The translations under genes and the position numbers were made by a program. The notes below the pieces were generated by a model. That model was not told the origin of the DNA, did no database searches, and was given only the letters and a program-made list of their open reading frames with translations. 50,314 nucleotides of DNA, taken from an uncultured Acidobacteriota bacterium (GTDB lineage: Bacteria > Acidobacteriota > UBA6911 > RPQK01 > JAPXNP01). The DNA lies in the NCBI GenBank assembly GCA_964484155.1, contig CAZAEY010000006.1, forward strand, positions 1 to 50,314. Direction: 5' to 3'. Positions 37,991 to 46,100 of the stretch are shown here, one piece after another (position 1 is the first letter of the stretch; the number at the start of each line of letters is the position of its first letter).

Positions 37991-38332
37991 ATGGACGAAC
38001 GGCAGTTGAGGAAATTTCAAAGCGAACTGGAAACCCTTCGTAAGGATCTGAGCGCCCGGGAGGATCAGGCGGACGATTCCACCGCGCCCATCGCTCCCGA
38101 TAAGGCGATCGGCCGTTTGACCCGTCAGGATGCCATCCAGGCGCAACAAATGTCGCTGGAATTGCGCCGTCGCCAGAAGCTGCAGTTGCAGCAGGTGGAG
38201 CAAGCCATCAGAAGGATTGAAAATGGGACATACGGATTGTGTCTTCGCTGCGAAGAGGAAATCGGAGCTGCGCGGTTGAAGGCGCGTCCGGAAGCCGGAC
38301 TGTGTCTCCGATGCGCTGATCGCCGGTCTTGA
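37991..38332 (+). CDS. DksA/TraR family C4-type zinc-finger protein (113 aa)
   Basis: Coiled-coil N-terminus, then GTYGLCLRCEEEIGAARLKARPEAGLCLRCA (CxxC-N17-CxxC). GGGGAGG SD upstream. Confidence 0.85.
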   Translation: MDERQLRKFQSELETLRKDLSAREDQADDSTAPIAPDKAIGRLTRQDAIQAQQMSLELRRRQKLQLQQVEQAIRRIENGTYGLCLRCEEEIGAARLKARPEAGLCLRCADRRS

Positions 38333-38533
38333 TCGCTCAAGGGGCCTGCCATGGATTTAGTGCGCGCACCGAGAGGCGGCTTCTCTTCGCTTCAGTGTCC
38401 GCGTCGCTGTGATTCGGTGTCTAAAACGATACAATTCAGCGGCTTTTGGAAACTTTTGCCCGTGCGCCGCGTATGATTGGGCGGTCTTCGCAAGATTAAA
38501 ATACAACCCATCTACCAGCCAAGGAGAGTGCTT

Positions 38534-39106
38534 ATGATCAAACGGAGCTTTTTACAGATTCTCGGACTGATTCTGGCCGGAGCCCCATTGCTGGGCGCCG
38601 CGAGAACCTATCAGGTCGACACCGTTCACTCGTCAGTGATCTTTAAAATCAAACGCCTCGACGTCGTCAACTACTATGGCCGTTTCAATGGGCTTCAGGG
38701 CAGCCTGACGGTGGATCGCGATAACCCTGCCCTCAGTTCGATCGAGCTGGAAATTCCGGCGCAGGAAGTGGACACGAACAATCAGCGTCGAGACGATCAC
38801 CTCCGCAGCCCGGATTTCTTCAACGCCACCCAATTCCCCGCGATCCGATACAAAAGCACTGGAATACGGGCGCTGGGATCCGATCGATACGAAGTGACCG
38901 GCGATCTTAGTCTGCACGGCGTCACCCGCAGCATCGTCACCGAAGTGCAGATGACCGGTTCCGGACAGGACGGGCGGGGACGTTCGCTGATCGGCTTCGA
39001 AACCACCTTTACGATCGAGCGCAGCGACTTCGGAATGAACTTCATGCTCGATGCTCTGAGCGATGAAGTTCAACTGACGATCGCCGTCCACGGAATCTCG
39101 GAGTAG
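38534..39106 (+). CDS. YceI family periplasmic polyisoprenoid-binding-like protein
   Basis: Signal peptide MIKRSFLQILGLILAGAPLLGA. YQVDTVHSSVIFKIKRLDVVNYYGRFNGLQGSL and LSLHGVTRSI are YceI-like. AAGGAGAG SD before ATG 38534. Confidence 0.88.
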   Translation: MIKRSFLQILGLILAGAPLLGAARTYQVDTVHSSVIFKIKRLDVVNYYGRFNGLQGSLTVDRDNPALSSIELEIPAQEVDTNNQRRDDHLRSPDFFNATQFPAIRYKSTGIRALGSDRYEVTGDLSLHGVTRSIVTEVQMTGSGQDGRGRSLIGFETTFTIERSDFGMNFMLDALSDEVQLTIAVHGISE

Positions 39107-39117
39107 CGATTCGGACA

Positions 39118-39969
39118 ATGCTCGCGGCGAAACTCGCCTTTGACACGCTGATTCTTCCCGCACTGGCTTTCGGCGCGACTTTCTGGATCCTCCGAAAGTT
39201 GGCGGGAAACTCGCCGTGGCTTGTTTCGCTTGCGCCGGCCGCAGCTTTAGCGGCCGGCTATCTGGTCGGCCACTACCGCATTGCAGGGCTTCTCCCGTTC
39301 CCTCCCGTCCACACCACCGGCTGGCTCTTTTATCTGGTCGGCCTGGCTGCCGTGACGGCGGCTGCGCGAATGTGGAAGCCGGCGCGAATCGGCGGCTTGA
39401 TCTTCCTCCTGCTGGTCGCGACGCTGAAACCGATGTGGACCTACCACTGGGAATTCGGCCAGTCGGCGCTCTGGCTTGCAGGCCTGTGGGTCGCGCTGTT
39501 TCTGGTCTGGCGCGCGGCGGACCGCCTCGGCGCAGTCGAAGAAGGCTCGCTGCTCCCCTGGGCCTTCTGCTGGACGGCGCTGGCGTCCGGGATCGTACTG
39601 GCGCTTTCGGCGACCGCTCTGCTCGGCCAGCTCTCCGTCATTCTGGCGATTTGCCTGGGTTTGTTGAGCCTGATTTCAGCGTTTCTCAAGACTCCTTCGG
39701 AGGGCTGGATCGTCGTCGGAATCACGGCGCTGGCCGGATTGCTGCTGAATGGATTGTTCTACGCGCAACTGAGCGGATGGCACGCCGCCTTTCTCGCGCT
39801 GGCGGTTCCCGCCGCATGGGCGGCCCGGCTGCCATTTGCGCAACGGCGCGGTCCGCGCCAAAGCTTCGCCGTCGGCATGCTGGCCGTGATCCTGGCGACC
39901 GCTCCCCCGATCGCGGACGCCGGCCTGAGCTTTCTGAACGAGCCCGATTACGATTACGATTACGATTAA
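39118..39969 (+). CDS. Hypothetical polytopic membrane protein ending in a DY-repeat tail (283 aa)
   Basis: About 8 hydrophobic helices. ATG lies 11 nt after the yceI-family stop. C-terminus ...FLNEPDYDYDYD-stop. Confidence 0.6.
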   Translation: MLAAKLAFDTLILPALAFGATFWILRKLAGNSPWLVSLAPAAALAAGYLVGHYRIAGLLPFPPVHTTGWLFYLVGLAAVTAAARMWKPARIGGLIFLLLVATLKPMWTYHWEFGQSALWLAGLWVALFLVWRAADRLGAVEEGSLLPWAFCWTALASGIVLALSATALLGQLSVILAICLGLLSLISAFLKTPSEGWIVVGITALAGLLLNGLFYAQLSGWHAAFLALAVPAAWAARLPFAQRRGPRQSFAVGMLAVILATAPPIADAGLSFLNEPDYDYDYD

Positions 39970-39990
39970 GATTACGATTATGATGACTAC
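39946..39990 (+). repeat. Hexanucleotide tandem repeat (GATTAC)n spanning the stop codon
   Basis: gattac gattac gattac gattaa gattac gattat gatgac tac. In frame with the upstream CDS (DY units). The fourth unit carries TAA instead of TAC. Confidence 0.9.
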
Positions 39991-40105
39991 GGCGAATGAG
40001 TTTCCGAGTCAGAAGTTTGTCGCAACGCCTGGGGCGGCGCGACCCGCGGCCAGCGAGGCCCAATCCTGACGCCGCTGCGACGCGCGGGAGGGCAGGAAAT
40101 CGATT

Positions 40106-40378
40106 TTGAATAGCGAGACGATCCAACCACACGCCGAAAGCGAAAGCGCCCTCAGAATCTGTTCGCTTCTGCCCAGCGCAACCGAGATCGCCTTCGCTCT
40201 GGGATTGCAAAACCGCCTGAAGGCGGTCACGCATGAATGCGACTTTCCGCCCGAGGCGCGCAGCCTGCCGGCCATCACCTCCAGCCAGTTTGAGGAAGAG
40301 GACGAGATTTTCATCCCCCCTCAAAATGGAACTCGGAACTCGAAGCCCCGACCCAACAAACTCGCTAAACTGAATTAG
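40106..40378 (+). pseudogene. Truncated remnant of a BtuF-like (Peripla_BP_2) cobalamin/siderophore-binding protein
   Basis: ALRICSLLPSATEIAFALGLQNRLKAVTHECDFPPEARSLPAITSS matches the conserved N-terminus of this family as recalled. Similarity ends after about 60 aa, and only about 270 nt are available before the next gene (full length would be about 280-300 aa). TTG start only. Confidence 0.45.
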
Positions 40379-40412
40379 AGATAAATGCCGCATCAAATCT
40401 GGAGGATGATTC

Positions 40413-40721
40413 ATGATTGTTGTGCAGAATCGCGTGCCTGTGAATGAAGGTTTTGAGGAGGAGTTTTTGGAGAGATTTCGGACTCGCAGAGGCCTGGTTG
40501 ACGGGCATCCCGGATTCATTCGAAATCTGGTGCTCAGACCGATCCGCGGGGACCGTTTCATCGTGCTGACGTTTTGGGAGACGGAGGAGGACTTTCGAGC
40601 GTGGACCGAAAGCGAGGCCTTCAAGGAAGCTCACAGTCGCGTCCCCCCCAAGGACATGTTCAAGGGGCACGGCGAACTGGAGATTCATGAAATTGCCCTG
40701 GACACGCTGGCAACGGAATGA
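40413..40721 (+). CDS. Antibiotic biosynthesis monooxygenase (ABM) / IsdG-HmoA-like heme-degrading monooxygenase family protein, 102 aa
   Basis: MIVVQNRVPVNEGFEEEFLERFRTRRGLVDGHPGFIRNLVLRP...FIVLTFWETEEDFRAWTESEAFKEAH. GGAGGA SD upstream. Confidence 0.85.
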   Translation: MIVVQNRVPVNEGFEEEFLERFRTRRGLVDGHPGFIRNLVLRPIRGDRFIVLTFWETEEDFRAWTESEAFKEAHSRVPPKDMFKGHGELEIHEIALDTLATE

Positions 40722-40852
40722 AGTCCGCGCGGGATCCAAACCTGCAACGGCGGGAATCCGGCATTGAGTCCGAGCCGTACCTTTAGCATTGAGATCGTCG
40801 GCCCTCGCTTCAGACCCGTCCCCTTATGTCGTCTCAGGTTTCAGCAGCGCCG

Positions 40853-43195
40853 TCACGGGCGCTGGACTTCGAAGGAGACGGCGTCGGTGCGTCCCGACTC
40901 GTCGACGACCGCGACGCGATGGCTTCCCGGCTGAAGCGGGACGAAAAGATCGCGGCCGCTCTGAACCTTTCCCAACAGCACGCCGTTCTGAAACCAGTAC
41001 AGCTGCTGAGAGAACGCGCCTGCAACCGCGGAAAGGCGCAGCTGCTGGTGTTCGGTCGGGGCTTCGCTCCGAAAGACGAACACTGCGCTGGGCGCCGGCG
41101 ACACAATGCGGGGCGGCTCGCCCCAGCCGACGTTCCGACAGTGCGGACTCGCCTCGGGAATCGGGTCCGTCGCCATTCCCTGGGACTGCATCCACATTTT
41201 CAACTCGGGAGGCGGTACCAGCAGCGTTCGCGCCAGACGCTGAGAGTCTCCGGCGCAGGCTCCCGCCAGCATCAGGCCGCTCTCCCGCTCGACATGAATC
41301 CTCCGATGCCAGTCGCAGGCCAAAACCCTGCTTCTTCCCGGCAAATAAACGGCCCGCACCGTCCGTTCGCAATGCGGTCCCGGAAGCAGCCGGCTTTCGG
41401 CGCACAGGCTCAGACTCTCCAGCCGGAGGCCGACCGGCGGTTCGCCGGCCGTCTGCGCGCCGCCTTTTGCATAGACCCGAAAGAGATCGAACAGCAGCGG
41501 AGCGGCGTGCTCGGCGCCGGAGAGGCCTTTTCTGGGCTCTCCGCTGAAGTTTCCCACCCAGACGCCGATCGAGACGTCGTCGTCGTAGCCCACCGCCCAG
41601 CCGTCCCGGTGTCGGAAGGAGGTGCCCGTCTTCCAGGCGATCGCCGGCGCGTCGCGCGACTGTCTCCAAGAAGAAGGGAGATCGGGCCGCCGCAGTTGGG
41701 TCAGATGCCGCCCCGTCAGCCACGCCGCTTCCGGAGAGAACAGCCGGTCCTCCGGGGGCTCGGATTCCGCCAGGACGCTCCACGGGCGGTGCAGGCCTCC
41801 CTGCGCCAGCGTCGCATATAGATTGGTCAGCTCCAGCAGATTCACTTCTCCCGAACCGAGGATCAGGGAAAGGCCGTAATGAGAGGGCGTCTGCGTCAGC
41901 GAGTTGATGCCCGCGCGATTGAGAAAATAGTGGAAATCGGCGACGCCATATTGATGAAGAAGGCGAACAAAAGGAACGTTCAAGGATTGAACGAGAGCGG
42001 CGCCGGCGGAGGTCTTTCCGCGAAACGTCCCGTCGTAATTCTCGGGCGCATACCCTGAAAAGTCGATGGGAACGTCCAGCAGAACGCTGTCCGGGATGAT
42101 GAGCCCTCGCTCCAGCGCCAGCGCGAACAGCAGCGGCTTCAGCGCGGAGCCGGGGGAACGGGCCGCCAGCGCCCCGTTGACCTGCCCCTGAAAGCGCTCC
42201 TCATGAAAGCCGGCAGACCCCACCAGAGCCCGCACCGTGCGGGTTCGATTATCCAGCGCCACGACCGCAACGTTTTCGATCCCCTGGGATCGCAGCTCCT
42301 GAATCCGCTGGCCAACGAGCTTCTCCGCGCTCCGCTGGAGATTCAAGTCCAGCGAGGTCCGCAGCCGACGCTCGGTTGGACGCCAGCTTCGCGCGAGCAG
42401 AGAGAAATGAGGCGCTGAAAAGGGCGCCGCCCTTCGCGTCTGCGGGAGCGGATGCCTGCGGGCGGCGGCCACCTGCTCGGGCGAAAAGTCGCCTCGCATC
42501 TCCAGCGCGTCCAGCAGGCGGTCTCGCACCCGAAGCGCGCCCTGCGGCCGTCGAATCGGGTCGAAGTCGTTCGGCGAGCGAGGCAGGACGGCCAGCAGAG
42601 CCGCCTCGCCCAGAACGATCTGAGAGGGATGCTTTCCGAAATAAAAATGCGCTGCGGCCCCGACGCCTTCCAGATTGCCCCCCATCGGAATCAGATTCAG
42701 GTACAGCTCCAGCAGCTCCTCCTTGGAGAAACGCCACTCCAACTGCATGGCCCGCAGGCCTTCCCAGATCTTGCCCGAAACCGTTCGGTCCTTTGGCTCG
42801 ATCATCCGTGCGATCTGCATGGGAATGGTCGAGCTTCCGGAAACGATGCGTCCGGCTCTCAGATTGCTCCATGCCGCCCGCAGAACCGACAGGGGATTGA
42901 CGCCGGGGTGGCGGTGAAACCAGCGATCCTCCGAGGCGACGATGGTTTCCACCAGCACCGGGGAAGCCTCATCGAACGCGAGCGGCAGCCGCCACCTGTC
43001 GTCAGCAGCCAGAAAGATCCGGATGGGTCGGCCGTCGCGGTCCTCGACAATCTGCGACTGCGGCCGGTGAAGCTTCTCCAGCGGCAGCGGATAGATCCAA
43101 TCGAAGATCATTGCCGCCAGCGGGCCCGCCGCGAAAACAGCCGCAACGACAAAAACGGTCGAAAGACGAGCGAATCGGCGCGTCGTCGCCTTCAT
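40853..43195 (-). CDS. pbpC: Penicillin-binding protein 1C (bifunctional glycosyltransferase/transpeptidase), about 780 aa
   Basis: GT51 motifs ASEDRWFHRHPGVNP and GSSTIPMQIAR. Transpeptidase SxxK (SPGSALKP). C-terminal PBP1C-type domain. ATG 43195 (MKATTRRFARLSTVFVVAAV) overlaps the A2M stop as ATGA. The track ORF extends to 43420. Confidence 0.92.
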   Translation of the reverse strand: MKATTRRFARLSTVFVVAAVFAAGPLAAMIFDWIYPLPLEKLHRPQSQIVEDRDGRPIRIFLAADDRWRLPLAFDEASPVLVETIVASEDRWFHRHPGVNPLSVLRAAWSNLRAGRIVSGSSTIPMQIARMIEPKDRTVSGKIWEGLRAMQLEWRFSKEELLELYLNLIPMGGNLEGVGAAAHFYFGKHPSQIVLGEAALLAVLPRSPNDFDPIRRPQGALRVRDRLLDALEMRGDFSPEQVAAARRHPLPQTRRAAPFSAPHFSLLARSWRPTERRLRTSLDLNLQRSAEKLVGQRIQELRSQGIENVAVVALDNRTRTVRALVGSAGFHEERFQGQVNGALAARSPGSALKPLLFALALERGLIIPDSVLLDVPIDFSGYAPENYDGTFRGKTSAGAALVQSLNVPFVRLLHQYGVADFHYFLNRAGINSLTQTPSHYGLSLILGSGEVNLLELTNLYATLAQGGLHRPWSVLAESEPPEDRLFSPEAAWLTGRHLTQLRRPDLPSSWRQSRDAPAIAWKTGTSFRHRDGWAVGYDDDVSIGVWVGNFSGEPRKGLSGAEHAAPLLFDLFRVYAKGGAQTAGEPPVGLRLESLSLCAESRLLPGPHCERTVRAVYLPGRSRVLACDWHRRIHVERESGLMLAGACAGDSQRLARTLLVPPPELKMWMQSQGMATDPIPEASPHCRNVGWGEPPRIVSPAPSAVFVFRSEAPTEHQQLRLSAVAGAFSQQLYWFQNGVLLGKVQSGRDLFVPLQPGSHRVAVVDESGRTDAVSFEVQRP

Positions 43196-46100
43196 CTGCG
43201 CGCCTCGATCTCCATGACCCGCTGCGGGCCGGAGCCGATCCGCGACGGGTCGTACATCGCCTCGGCAAATGCGGGAGGGACACGGAAGCGACCCGGCGAA
43301 ACGGCGCGCAGCACGGCGTAAATGGTCTGCCACCGCTGATCGGGCAGGTCGATGAAGTAGACTACCCGATCGTCTCTCAATTCCAGATGGTCCGGGGAAA
43401 TCCGGCTTTGCTGCACCCATGGCAGCGTTTCGGCCGATTCCAGCCGCGGATTCTCCACTTCCAGACCGGCGGGAAGCAATTGCTGCACTGCGATGTTCTG
43501 AAAGGGCCCGGCCGTGCTGCGAATCCGGATGCGGGCCACCACCAGGTCGCCCTGAACGACCCGGTTCAATGCCAGCGTGCGGCCTTGCCGATCGAGGTAG
43601 GCCGTTTCGATCTCCAGGCCGCTGCTCTGAGGTCGGAAATGTCGATCGCTCGGCACGCCGCGGGTGTGGAGCGCGAAAAACGCCGAACCGGGCTCGTATC
43701 CGGCATCCATCACGACCCGAAGCGGACCGTCAGGCAGATCGACAAAGGTGCCGCCTCCGCTGTCAAAGCTGGCCAGTTGGCGATCTCCTGCAAAAAGGCG
43801 TCCGGCGAACGGGGGCCTTTCCGCCTGTCGCCGGAAAAACCTCCCCAACGCCATCAATGCGAATCCGCTCTCCTGCGTGGTCCAGGAAAACTGAGCGCTG
43901 TCCCGGGATAGCCGGTCGACCAGAGCGACGACCCTGCGATCCCCGGGCCGGGAGTCCAGAAACGCCATCAGCATGATGGCCCGATTTCGAATCGGCGAAT
44001 TCAAGTTGGCGCCCCCCTGCCGTTCGATCTGCTCGGCGTCCTCCAGCCCCCGGTGCATCTGCTCGAGCGCATCCGCGTTTCCGACGGCCGCATAGGCCGC
44101 CCCCAACAGGGCTCGACTGTGCGGACGCAGCTGGCCGAACTGCGTCTCGCGGATCAGATCCATGCTGCCCAGATCGGGGCGACCGGCCCGCGCCAGCACG
44201 TACAGCGCGTATACCGTCTGCTCAAGCGTCTCAACGTCGGCGCGGCGCGACCCCGCCACTTCGTTCTCCAGGAATGAGAGCGCGCCCTGATAGAGGGATT
44301 CGTGCACCAGATGGCCGGCCTGTTGGGCTTCAACGAGAAAATGCGAGGCGTAAATGCTGGCCCACGGCTGCAGCTGGTCCGAGGACGGCCAGAATGAAAA
44401 GCCTCCGTTGGACAACTGCATCGTCGCAAGTCGCCGCTGGGCGGCTTCAATCCACTCGGCCGGCTGCACGTCCTGGAAGTGCTCCGGCGCCGCGGCTCGC
44501 ACGACGTCCTCCAGGTAGATCAGCGGAAAGGCCCGCGACACCGTCTGCTCGAGACAGCCGTAAGGGAAACCGATCAGCCTGTTGAGATGTTCCGAGAACT
44601 GAAGCAGGGGAAGCGACGAGATCTGAAGCCGGCGACTGACGGTTCCGGACCGAAAGCGCTCGGCTGAAATCGCCGAAAAGACGGTTTCAGAGTCCTGCAG
44701 CGGGCCGGATTCGGCCTCCGTGTGCAACGGCAGATCGGCGCGAATCGGAAAGCGACCGCCGGCCTGCGTCCGCTCGCCGTTGCCCGCGGCCGTCAACTCA
44801 ATCGCGGCATCTCCCTGAACGCCACCCGTCTGCAATTCGAAATAAAGAAGACGTTCGGAGCCGTTCGGGACCGAGAGCTTCCGCTCGCTTTCGCCGATGG
44901 CTTTCAGCGGCCCCTGCGCCGACATCCGCACGGTCACTTCGGCGTCTCTGCCAGTGTCGTTCCGAACCGAAACGGGAAGCTGCAATCGCTCCTCAAAGGA
45001 AAGAAAGCGAGGAAAAGTGGGAAGAAGCAACAGCGGATCCCGCACCCGAACGACGGCTTCCAGAGATGCGAAACGGTCGACCCCGTGAGCGAGAACCATG
45101 ATCCGCAGCGCTCCCTGAAAATCCGGGATGTCGAAGGAAACCTCGACCTGGCCGTCTCGGCCCGAATCGACGACCCCGGACCAGAAGGAGACCGCGTCCT
45201 CCCTGCGAATCGCACCGGTCTGCAAAACGTCCGCCTCCGTCAGTCCCAGCCCGCCGCCGGCGTCCGCCTGGTCCTGCAGCGGGCCCAGTTCGGGAAGCAG
45301 CAGAGAGAAGATGTCGGAGGTGCGAACTCCCAGCGCCAGGTTCCGATAGAAATGGTCGAAGGCGCTGGGAGTCGCCTGCCGGATCAGCTGCAAAATCCCT
45401 TCGTCGACAGCCGCCACGGTGACCCGGGAACCCGGAGCGGTCGCGGCGCGAATGACCAGGCTCGTTCGAGGCCGGATCTCCTCGGCCGCCGACACCGTCA
45501 GCGGCAGGCGTCGGGCCTCTCGATTCACCCGCAGCCGGGCCGCCCCGTAAGCCCTCCCTCCGCCGCCGGCGCTCAAATCGGAAGCGCTGCGCACCAGAGT
45601 GGCCGTTACGTACACGTTCGGAAGGTAATTCTCCCGGATCGGAACTCGTACGCGAGCGGAGTTGTCCGTCAATGTGACGACCCTGGAGTCCAATACCCCT
45701 TCCCGCTCGACGGTCAGCCAGAGTCTCCCGGGAAACGGCGCCTTGATCTCGACGACTGCCTCCTCGCCCGACTCGTATTCCTCTTTGTCCGTTTCGATCT
45801 CCAAGCGGCCCGGATTCTGAAGGTTCCATGGGGAGTGCCCCCAGCCCCCCACATAGAATGAAACCTGGGCGGAAGCCCCGCCTGCAGGGTCCTCCACGAC
45901 AGCCCGGTAGCTGCCATAGTCCCGAGGCGCGAAGCGAACCGATCCCGAAGAGGCCCCTCCGGAAACGGCCAGGCTTTCGACCAGCACGGCCTCACGGTTG
46001 GATTCATATCGATATCCGCCCTCCGGAGTCCGTTGCAGCACCGTGTGCCACCGGTCCCGGTACAACTCGGCTCTCAGGGGGCCGGATTCGATCCGCCGGC

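Noticed and set aside
39216-39983. 255-aa alternative-frame ORF ending RLRLRLRLRL.
   Set aside because: It is an Arg/Gly/Pro-rich translation of the +2 frame of a clearly hydrophobic membrane-protein gene. The RL repeat is simply the hexanucleotide repeat read out of frame.
39990-40105. Possible cobalamin riboswitch upstream of the BtuF-like remnant.
   Set aside because: I could not recognise a B12 box or the conserved core. Only a generic 6-bp long-range GTCGCA/TGCGAC pairing is present. A covariance-model scan would be needed for certainty.
40789-41821. Three long overlapping ORFs (252, 319 and 331 aa) on both strands over the 3' part of pbpC. Similar long alternative-frame or antisense ORFs overlie the A2M gene (for example 44722-45861, 44993-45829, 47690-48703), ligA (22536-23567), the gsp genes (3506-4348, 9064-9750) and the sigma region (12216-13055).
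   Set aside because: Their translations are Arg/Ala/Pro/Gly-rich with no motifs. They overlap ORFs that carry unambiguous family signatures. Long stop-free alternative frames are expected at this GC content.
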